Origin: Bdellovibrionota bacterium FG-2 | Lineage (GTDB): Bacteria > Bdellovibrionota > UBA1018 | Direction of reading: 5' to 3' | DNA: 22,075 bases | Assembly (NCBI GenBank): GCA_051382305.1 | Contig: JBBCAV010000152.1 | Coordinates: forward strand, 1 to 22,075 | The notes under the pieces: generated by a model | What the model was told of the DNA's origin: nothing | Seen by the model: the letters and a program-made list of their open reading frames with translations, nothing else | The model's database searches: none | Part shown: positions 8,553 through 15,879 of the stretch, piece by piece | Layout of the letters: the number at the start of each line of letters is the position of its first letter | Numbering within the stretch: position 1 is the stretch's first letter | Program-made: the position numbers and the translations under genes

Positions 8553-10151
8553 ATGAGCACACCGCTTCGAATTGTTTCCAGTACCGAGATGAGAGATATC
8601 GACGCCATCGCCGAAAAAGACTTTGGACTTGATCCGGTCTTGCTCATGGAAAATGCGGGGCGCGCGGCCGCCCAGATTTTGCTTGAAAAATATCCTTCAG
8701 CGGGAATCACGGGGGAGATTCTCGTATTTTGCGGCAAAGGTAATAACGCAGGCGATGCCTTTGTTCTTGCCCGGCGTTTGATTTGTTTGAATCGCAGAGT
8801 GCGCGTGTTTCACCTGGAAGCTCGCGAACGTTATCAGGGTGCTTCCAAACGTAATTTAGAAATTTTGGTCAAACTCAACGCGAAGATTGCGCTTTTGGAA
8901 AATATCTCGGATCTTCAGGCTTTTTTTGCAAGTTCGCCGGGTCCTTACACTATCGTTGATGGACTTTTGGGTACAGGTTTAAAGGGTAACCTTGAAGGCC
9001 TTTTTGCCGAAGTCATCGACGCGATTAACATGCTTAATTCTAACGAGGTGATTGCGCTTGATATTCCTACCGGGGTGAGCGGCGATACGGGCAATATTCA
9101 TGGGACGTGCATTCAGGCAAATCTCACTGTTTCTTTTGGGTTTCCAAAACTGGGCCACTTCTTGCCCCCCGGTGCGGCGCGAAGAGGGGAGTTGGTGAAT
9201 GTCGATATTTCGCTCCCTCCAAGGTTTCAAAAGGAGGGCGACAAGTTTTTGCTCACGCGAGCCCCATTAGAAAACTATATTATGGAACGCGATCGTTACG
9301 GTCACAAAAATTCGTTTGGCTCGACGCTCTTGATTGGGGGTAGTCCCGGTCGCCTGGGGGCCATCACCATGGCCTCGCGCGCTTGCCATCGCATGGGGAC
9401 AGGGCTAGTGACTGTCGCAACCTGGGAAGAATCCTTTAATACTTTGCTCGTAAAGATCCCGGACGAAACCATGGCTGTGCCCTTGAAGCTCAAGGGCGAA
9501 GAGCTCGAGAATTATAAGAGAAGTCTTTCAATCTATTCGAGCATTGTGATTGGCCCGGGGATGGGGGTTCGACCGGAAGGCAAAGCGTTACTTGAAACGC
9601 TTTTGGCGCACTATAAAGGACCGATGGTTTTGGACGCGGATGCCTTGAATTTGATTTCTGAGTATAAACTTCATTCGCTGTTGGTGAATCGGCGAGCCCC
9701 CACCGTGCTCACGCCGCATTTAGGTGAAATGGCGAGACTCATGGATACGGAGAAGGAACTCATTCGTTCCAATCCCCAAGAATACTTGCGGGAGCTCGTG
9801 AGTAAGACCCACGCCATCACGGTCCTCAAAGGGGCTGCGACTCTCATCACCTCACCAGATGAGAAATTTTATTTGAACCATTATCCTAACGAAGGAATGG
9901 CAACCGCAGGCAGTGGTGATGTTTTGGCGGGCATGATTGGTGGGCTCCTCGGGCAAGGGATGGATGCGTTTCAAGCGGCCCAGCTGGGAGTTTACCTGCA
10001 TTCGCTGGCGGGGGATTTTGCCGCTCGTTCTCGAGGGCATCGAAGTATGACCGCCCCAGATATTATCGAAGGGATTAGCGATGCGTTCAAAGAAATCAAA
10101 AACCCAAAAGTCATCGCCTCCAAAACTCCTGGCCGAGCGTATCTCCTCTGA
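8553..10151 (+). CDS. nnr: Bifunctional NAD(P)H-hydrate repair enzyme (epimerase + dehydratase)
   Basis: YjeF-N domain (LMENAG, GKGNNAGD, VDGLLGTG, DIPTG) plus YjeF-C domain (HKNSFG, GPGMG, DADALN, TPHLGE, TAGSGDVLAG). ATG 8553 follows an AAGGA RBS. Confidence 0.95.
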   Translation: MSTPLRIVSSTEMRDIDAIAEKDFGLDPVLLMENAGRAAAQILLEKYPSAGITGEILVFCGKGNNAGDAFVLARRLICLNRRVRVFHLEARERYQGASKRNLEILVKLNAKIALLENISDLQAFFASSPGPYTIVDGLLGTGLKGNLEGLFAEVIDAINMLNSNEVIALDIPTGVSGDTGNIHGTCIQANLTVSFGFPKLGHFLPPGAARRGELVNVDISLPPRFQKEGDKFLLTRAPLENYIMERDRYGHKNSFGSTLLIGGSPGRLGAITMASRACHRMGTGLVTVATWEESFNTLLVKIPDETMAVPLKLKGEELENYKRSLSIYSSIVIGPGMGVRPEGKALLETLLAHYKGPMVLDADALNLISEYKLHSLLVNRRAPTVLTPHLGEMARLMDTEKELIRSNPQEYLRELVSKTHAITVLKGAATLITSPDEKFYLNHYPNEGMATAGSGDVLAGMIGGLLGQGMDAFQAAQLGVYLHSLAGDFAARSRGHRSMTAPDIIEGISDAFKEIKNPKVIASKTPGRAYLL

Positions 10152-10590
10152 ACAAGCGTTGAGCGCTTTGGCTTCGCGATTTGCCCGCGAACTTCTTGCG
10201 GGTGATGTGGTTTTCTTGGAGGGGCCGATGGGGGTGGGCAAAACCACCTTTGCGCGCGAGTTACTGCTGGCCTTAGGTGTTGCGCAACCACCGGAGGGAA
10301 GTCCCTCTTTTTCCATTGCCCATGAATATCATTCAAAAGGGGTGTCCGTCGTGCATCTTGACCTTTACCGGTTGAAGAGCGATGAGGAACTTGAGGAGGT
10401 GGGAATCCCAGAATATTTCGAGGATCCTACCCGATTTGTTTTTGTGGAGTGGGCGTCTCAGTTTCCTTTATTTGTGGAGAAGATCCTGTCACGCGCAGGC
10501 AAGAGGCATTGGCGCGCGAGCTTGAGTTTTTGTTCTCCCGACCCCGAGCAACGCGAGATCACAATTAGGCCGCTTTGGTCCCCGTTGTGA
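10081..10590 (+). CDS. tsaE: tRNA threonylcarbamoyladenosine biosynthesis ATPase TsaE
   Basis: GPMGVGKTT P-loop, SPSFSI, HLDLYRL, VEW. Canonical position after nnr. Start uncertain (71-nt overlap with nnr). Confidence 0.93.
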   Translation: MRSKKSKTQKSSPPKLLAERISSEQALSALASRFARELLAGDVVFLEGPMGVGKTTFARELLLALGVAQPPEGSPSFSIAHEYHSKGVSVVHLDLYRLKSDEELEEVGIPEYFEDPTRFVFVEWASQFPLFVEKILSRAGKRHWRASLSFCSPDPEQREITIRPLWSPL

Positions 10591-11425
10591 GTAGCGGCGG
10601 GATGCTGCGAAGCAGCTCCTTTACCTTGGGGAAAAGTGATGCCAAGCTTGATTTCGAAAAGACCATGAGGATTCCGGTCGGAGCATTTTGAGGACCGCAT
10701 ATATAGAGACTTAAGAACTCCTCGGAGTCACAACCTACGGCGCGGCGAAAAGAATTATTGGCGTCATGGGCTTGGATGAGCGCAAGTTCAATCCAGCCCC
10801 TATTGTCCTTGGCCTTAAAAAGTTGACTGGAGACCTCGGGAGTGAGTGAAGTGTTCCAGAGAAATCCTGTCCAAAGCGCAAGATAAGTCCTCTCTCCAAT
10901 GGCTCCGTGACCGCAAAAAATGTGGGTTCCGTTGCCTGGGCTTTGATTTGCGATTTGAGTCATGAATAATGCACGAGTCGCAGAAGCCTGAAGAAAAATG
11001 TTCAGGGCCGCTTCAAGTGGATCACTACTTTTGCTCAACTCTTCTTTTTTCCACAATTTGATGCGATAGGTGGAGCGTCGCTCTTGCCGTCGTGTGGCGG
11101 GGTGAACGACGGCCTTCCTAATTGAGTGAGTGGGTTCGACAGGTAGAGGCAGGGCGTCGTTGATCTGAATGTCCACAAGCTGGATGGAAATCTCTGCACG
11201 GGGTGGCGCAGCTAAAACAATAGGCGGCGCTTTCATGGGAGGAGGACCTGGAGGCGCGCCTGGAGGGAGGGCGGAGGGCAGGGACACCATCTTCGTTCCT
11301 CCAGGAAGACCAAGCTTCTTTCTGTTTAAAAGTTTAGTGATTCCTGGCATTTGGGTGACGCCGGGGTTTGTGGCGTCTACGGTAAAAGAAGAAAAAGTCT
11401 TTCCCTGATCGTCTTTGTCTGCCAT
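10565..11425 (-). CDS. Hypothetical protein (286 aa): Pro-rich linker and possible GAF-like C-terminal domain
   Basis: Long ORF filling the tsaE-rrf2 gap. ATG 11425 chosen because the longer start (11572) runs through the divergent promoter region and a sigma28-like promoter sits at 11458-11484. Confidence 0.75.
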   Translation of the reverse strand: MADKDDQGKTFSSFTVDATNPGVTQMPGITKLLNRKKLGLPGGTKMVSLPSALPPGAPPGPPPMKAPPIVLAAPPRAEISIQLVDIQINDALPLPVEPTHSIRKAVVHPATRRQERRSTYRIKLWKKEELSKSSDPLEAALNIFLQASATRALFMTQIANQSPGNGTHIFCGHGAIGERTYLALWTGFLWNTSLTPEVSSQLFKAKDNRGWIELALIQAHDANNSFRRAVGCDSEEFLSLYICGPQNAPTGILMVFSKSSLASLFPKVKELLRSIPPLLTTGTKAA

Positions 11426-11457
11426 AGGTAAAAACCGGGCGGTCCCTTTCTCTTTCC

Positions 11458-11484
11458 TTTTCGGAACTCTGCGGCAAAACTTTA
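11458..11484 (-). promoter_or_regulatory. Putative sigma28 (FliA) promoter
   Basis: Minus strand reads TAAAGTTT-N11-TCCGAAAA against the consensus TAAAGTTT-N11-GCCGATAA: 8/8 and 6/8 matches with exact spacing, about 30 nt upstream of ATG 11425. Confidence 0.6.
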
Positions 11485-11547
11485 GGGAAATCGGCAACAC
11501 GAGAACAATCCTATAGCTGACAAAAAAAATGAGGTAATCGGCGATTA

Positions 11548-11572
11548 TTAGTTGACGCGTAAGATACGACAT
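11548..11572 (+). promoter_or_regulatory. Possible -35 box / Rrf2 autoregulatory half-site upstream of rrf2
   Basis: TAGTTGAC (11549-11556) contains a TTGAC -35 and resembles the left half of IscR type-1 operators. The right half and the -10 match poorly. Confidence 0.25.
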
Positions 11573-11618
11573 GGTACGCCATAGTTAGGTTTATGAAGGG
11601 AAACAGGGAGAACGAATT

Positions 11619-12125
11619 ATGCGTTTGACTTCAAAAGGACGATATGCTGTCCGAGCAATCTTGGATCTGACCTTTAACTCCAATGGACGTCCTGTGCGTT
11701 TACAGGAGATTTCAGAGCGTCAGAAAATTTCGCTTCATTATTTGGAGCAGCTTTTCCGCAGACTCCGCAAAGGGTCTGTTGTAAAAAGTGTGCGAGGTCC
11801 CGGGGGGGGATATGTCCTCGCCCGAGTCATGGATGAGATTTCTGTAAAAGATGTCCTCATCAGCGTTGGTGAAAACATCAACCCGGCTCGTGACTTGATT
11901 GGCTCCGCCGATATCAAAAGTGACACGGTTGAGTTCGTGTTAACAAAGGGTTATTTTGAAAACCTCGGCGTGTTGATGCAGGAATATCTGACGACGACCT
12001 CTGTCGGAGACCTCATTCGCAAAGCTCGTGGCACCCAAGAACTTCCTAAGGTTTCTGATTTGACCGAAGGTTTCAGATTGCCTGAAACACAGACCGATGC
12101 CGGCAAAGGCCGCGAATTATCTTGA
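11619..12125 (+). CDS. Rrf2-family transcriptional regulator (IscR/CymR-like, cysteine-free)
   Basis: MRLTSKGRYAV, ISERQKISLHYLEQLF, SVRGPGGGY winged HTH. No Cys in 168 aa. RBS AGGGAG. Confidence 0.93.
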   Translation: MRLTSKGRYAVRAILDLTFNSNGRPVRLQEISERQKISLHYLEQLFRRLRKGSVVKSVRGPGGGYVLARVMDEISVKDVLISVGENINPARDLIGSADIKSDTVEFVLTKGYFENLGVLMQEYLTTTSVGDLIRKARGTQELPKVSDLTEGFRLPETQTDAGKGRELS

Positions 12126-13281
12126 TTTGAACGCCTCAGCGCCTCTTCGACCCCAAGTCGTTGAGGCGCTGAGTGCGCTCCTCAGCATTCCTCCCACCGA
12201 AAGTCCTCTTTACAATCCCTCGAGTCTTCATTTTTTCGGTCGACGCGCGAAGCATCTGCTCACCGAGGCTCGTGATCTTGTTGGAGCGTCATTTTCTGGC
12301 AACGTTGACACATCTGAAGAAGTCTTTTTCGTCTCTTCGGGGACGGAAGCCAATCAGTTTGCAATTCGCTCACGCTTGGGCGCAGCATTCAAAACATCCA
12401 GGGCCCCCCACTGGATCACTACCCCCGTAGAGCACGAATCGGTCCTATGTCTCGTTCCTTGGTTCAAAGCACAGGGCGGGGCGGTTTCCATTCTTCCGGT
12501 TGATTCAAATGGAAGTCCACAAGTCTCCGAACTTCAGTCCTTGATTTGCGAGGAGACAGCGCTCGTGAGCCTGATTTGGGTCAATAATGAGACAGGAGTG
12601 ATTACAGACGTCGAGCGGGCGGCTGGGGTTACTCGATCGCGGGGGGTTCCTCTTCATCTGGACGCAGCCCAAGCGTGGGGTAAGATCCCGGTCGATGTGA
12701 TCGGTTCGGGCGCAAGCAGCGTTAGTTTTTCTGCTCACAAAATTGGGGCGCTTGTGGGCTGTGGTGTTCTCTGGCGCAAAAAGGGGTATCCACTCATGCC
12801 CCTGATTTATGGTGTCCAGGAGAAAAATCTGCGCGGCGGCACCGAAAATCTTATGGGCGCATTTTCGGCAGGAATTGCCGCAAAAACCCTAAATCCGCAG
12901 GCTTTTGCGCTTGCCATGAAGCCGTTGCTTGATCGTTTAGAAACGCTCGTTTTGGAGCGGATTCCTGGCGCGATTATTAACGGGTTGAGTGCGCAAAGAG
13001 TGGCCAACACCCTGAGTTTGAGCTTTCGAGAAATTAAGAGTGACACTTTGGTGATGGCGCTTGATCTAGAAGGATATTGTGTGAGTTCGGGGGCCGCTTG
13101 CTCAAGTGGCGCCGCTAAACCCTCGCACGTTTTGTTGGCGATGGGGCATTCGCCCGAACTTGCGTCTTCGTCGATCAGGGTTTCTTTAGGACTTGAAACG
13201 TCCTGGGAATCTCTTGTGGGCTTTGTTTCTGCTCTTGAACGCTGTACTTCTCGTGTGAGACAAGGGAAACAAGAAAGATAA
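12097..13281 (+). CDS. iscS: Class I cysteine desulfurase (NifS/IscS/YrvO-like)
   Basis: YLD.NASAP, SSGTEAN, EHESV, NNETG, HLDAAQ, PLP lysine in SAHKIG, RGGTEN, catalytic SSGAACSSG. Confidence 0.92.
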   Translation: MPAKAANYLDLNASAPLRPQVVEALSALLSIPPTESPLYNPSSLHFFGRRAKHLLTEARDLVGASFSGNVDTSEEVFFVSSGTEANQFAIRSRLGAAFKTSRAPHWITTPVEHESVLCLVPWFKAQGGAVSILPVDSNGSPQVSELQSLICEETALVSLIWVNNETGVITDVERAAGVTRSRGVPLHLDAAQAWGKIPVDVIGSGASSVSFSAHKIGALVGCGVLWRKKGYPLMPLIYGVQEKNLRGGTENLMGAFSAGIAAKTLNPQAFALAMKPLLDRLETLVLERIPGAIINGLSAQRVANTLSLSFREIKSDTLVMALDLEGYCVSSGAACSSGAAKPSHVLLAMGHSPELASSSIRVSLGLETSWESLVGFVSALERCTSRVRQGKQER

Positions 13282-13284
13282 GAC

Positions 13285-14424
13285 ATGACTGACAAGGGAG
13301 ATGGCAAAAAAGTTTTGGTCGCCATGAGTGGCGACGTCGATAGCGCGGTCGCCGCCGTTTTGCTTAAAACGTTGGGCAATGAAGTCATTGGATTGCTCAT
13401 GCAGTTTTGCGAGGAGTCGCCGGACACTCAAGACAGCTTTGGCACCCGTTGTTGTCTTCAAACGGATTTGCCGCGGGCGCGCAAGTTCTGCCAGCGCTTC
13501 GGAATTCCTTACTATAGCCTGCGCGTGAAAGATGCGTTCCGAGAAAAAGTCATGGATCATTTTGTCCATGAGATTATGCATGCGCGTCTTTCCAACCCCT
13601 GCATTCGTTGTAATCGAGAGCTCAAGTTTCATTATCTCTATGAGAAGTCCCTGGAGCTGGGGTGTGACGCTTTTGCCACGGGACATTACGCGCAAGTAAC
13701 GAAAGACGCGACGAGCGATCGAGTGCGTCTTCATAAAGCCGTGGACCCCAAGAAGGATCATAGTTATTTTCTCTATGGTTTGAATCAGCAAATGCTGGCA
13801 CGGGCGTTGATGCCTTTGGGCGGACTCTCCAAGGCCATGGTGCAAAAACTGGCCGTGCAGTTTGAACTTACGGTTGTGGATAAACCCGGGCGCGGGCAGA
13901 TTTGCTTAGTCGACGATGATCGTTTCCCGAAGTATGTGGAACAAAATGTTCCCGAATATTTGAGACCTTGGGGCGAAATCAAGACTTGGGACGGCCGGAC
14001 CTATGGCCGCCATGAGGGGATTTATCATTTCAAGATTGGTCAAACCGGACTCAAACTTAACACCAAAGAACCTGAGAAATATTTCGTCACCGGGTTTAAT
14101 CAAAAAGAGCGTACGGTTATTATCGGAGAAGAGCAGCATTTGATGCAGAGTGAACTCATTGCAAAAGATGCAAATTGGGTTGTGCCTCTGAACGAGCTGC
14201 GACCTCTTCATTGTCAGGTGCGCTTGGGGCCTCGGACTCCCGAGGTGGCAGCGACCGTCGTGGTTTTTGAAAACGGCCAAGTGCATGTCCATTTTGCGGA
14301 ACCGCAACGCGCGCTCACCCCGGGGCAGGCAGTCGTATTTTATGAAGATACGGAGGTCTTGGGCGGGGCTACCATTGACCGCGTGGGTGTTTCATTGCCG
14401 TCGGGGCTTGGCGCCTCTATTTAG
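13285..14424 (+). CDS. mnmA: tRNA 2-thiouridylase MnmA family protein (divergent, CxxC type)
   Basis: VLVAMSGDVDS, RCC, NPCIRCN.ELKF, ATGHYA, KDHSYFL, PLG...K, QIC, ALTPGQAVVFY..VLGG. Directly downstream of the desulfurase. Confidence 0.9.
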   Translation: MTDKGDGKKVLVAMSGDVDSAVAAVLLKTLGNEVIGLLMQFCEESPDTQDSFGTRCCLQTDLPRARKFCQRFGIPYYSLRVKDAFREKVMDHFVHEIMHARLSNPCIRCNRELKFHYLYEKSLELGCDAFATGHYAQVTKDATSDRVRLHKAVDPKKDHSYFLYGLNQQMLARALMPLGGLSKAMVQKLAVQFELTVVDKPGRGQICLVDDDRFPKYVEQNVPEYLRPWGEIKTWDGRTYGRHEGIYHFKIGQTGLKLNTKEPEKYFVTGFNQKERTVIIGEEQHLMQSELIAKDANWVVPLNELRPLHCQVRLGPRTPEVAATVVVFENGQVHVHFAEPQRALTPGQAVVFYEDTEVLGGATIDRVGVSLPSGLGASI

Positions 14425-14442
14425 AATTACGGTTAGGAATTT

Positions 14443-15879
14443 GTGGTGAAATACTATCTCATCAAAACGTTGGGCTGCAAGGCGAACCTTTACGACTCTA
14501 ATCGGATAGAGGCCGAGCTTCAAGCCAAGGGGTGGCTCCCGAAAGGGCAGCTCGAGATTGACCCAAATTCAGAGGTTTTGTGTATCGTCAACAGTTGCAC
14601 GGTCACGGACGAAGCCGATCGGCAGAGTCGAAAACTTGCGGCACGGCTGATCCGTGATTACCCGCGCGCCCAAGTCGTGCTCACGGGATGTGCGGCTGAA
14701 GTGAATCCTGCTCTTTTGGCTAAAACTCCGGGCGTTCATGCACTAGTTGTGAGTAACCGCGAGAAGCATCTCCTTGTCGATCGAATTCTTGAGCAAGTAA
14801 GTGGGCCTATGGGTGGCGGGGTAAAATCGGAGACGGCACATCCTGCGCTTAGCCATGCCTCTAAGATTTGGGATGTTCAAGGTCCGTTTGCCAGTCCTGC
14901 GCTCGCTCATGCAACTGGTGTTTTGAATTACCACACGCGAACGTTTCTTAAGATTCAAGAAGGTTGTAATTCATTTTGTACCTACTGCATTATTCCCTAC
15001 GGGAGGGGGACGGCGCGGAGTCTGCCCTTGGCCGATGGACTTGCGCAAGTCCAGGCGCTTGTGGCCTCAGGGGTGCAAGAGATTATTCTTACGGGCACAA
15101 ACTTAGGCGATTACGGCCGGGACGGCGGCCAACGCACTTCTTTGGAAGAATTGGTGAGAAGGATTTTAGGCGAGACGGATGTGCCCCGTCTTCGAGTGAG
15201 TTCTTTGGATCCTACCGAAGTCACGCCGGCGCTGGTGGGCCTGATGCGTGCGGATTCCCGGTTTTGTCCGCATTTTCACGTTTCGTTGCAACACACGGAG
15301 GACCGAATTTTGCGGCTTATGAAGCGTAAATATCGGTTTCAAGAGGTGAGTGAGTGTTTTGATCGAATTGCATCGATTCCTACCGCGCGAGCTTCCCAGG
15401 GTGGCGTGTTTGTGGGGATGGATTATATCACGGGGTTCCCTGAGGAGTCAGAGGCTGAGTTTCACTCTTCTTTTAAAACGCTTGAGTCACTGCCGTGGAC
15501 CCGCCTTCATGTGTTTCCTTATAGTGAGCGCGAAGGCACTCCGGCCACGCGGTTGCCTAATCCGGTGCCAAAAGGTGAGCGGATAAAACGTGCGCGGATT
15601 TTGGGCGATCTGAGTTTGCAGCGTCTGCGGTCGCACTATGAAAAGGTGTTTCAGGAGATGCAGGCGATGAGTGCGCCTCGGATTTTTGATGTTCTATTTG
15701 AGCAGGTCGGGCGAGATGGGCGGGGCGGGGGCCATACGCCTGGCTATTTGCACGTCATTGTCGATACGGAGGGTGCGGATTATGAACGCAACACGATTGG
15801 CGATGTTGTGCCGCTGAGGCTTGAGACACATGCAAGCTCGGGTGAGATGTCGTTGGTCGGTAGGCCTATCTTAAACTAA
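14443..15879 (+). CDS. mtaB: Radical-SAM methylthiotransferase, MtaB type (ms2t6A37)
   Basis: TLGCKAN..DS, NSCTVT..AD, TGC (UPF0004 domain); KIQEGCNSFCTYCIIP (CxxxCxxC); RLRVSSLDP, CPHFHVSLQ, LHVFPYSEREGTPA; degenerate TRAM tail. Confidence 0.92.
   Translation: MVKYYLIKTLGCKANLYDSNRIEAELQAKGWLPKGQLEIDPNSEVLCIVNSCTVTDEADRQSRKLAARLIRDYPRAQVVLTGCAAEVNPALLAKTPGVHALVVSNREKHLLVDRILEQVSGPMGGGVKSETAHPALSHASKIWDVQGPFASPALAHATGVLNYHTRTFLKIQEGCNSFCTYCIIPYGRGTARSLPLADGLAQVQALVASGVQEIILTGTNLGDYGRDGGQRTSLEELVRRILGETDVPRLRVSSLDPTEVTPALVGLMRADSRFCPHFHVSLQHTEDRILRLMKRKYRFQEVSECFDRIASIPTARASQGGVFVGMDYITGFPEESEAEFHSSFKTLESLPWTRLHVFPYSEREGTPATRLPNPVPKGERIKRARILGDLSLQRLRSHYEKVFQEMQAMSAPRIFDVLFEQVGRDGRGGGHTPGYLHVIVDTEGADYERNTIGDVVPLRLETHASSGEMSLVGRPILN

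Noticed and set aside
11426..11572. 49-aa N-terminal extension of the minus-strand hypothetical ORF
   Set aside because: Runs through the divergent promoter region, and the sigma28-like promoter lies inside it.
12807..14307. Long antisense ORFs (206, 219 and 133 aa) opposite iscS/mnmA, and similar shadow ORFs throughout the window
   Set aside because: They fully overlap well-supported genes and show no motifs; typical antisense shadows.
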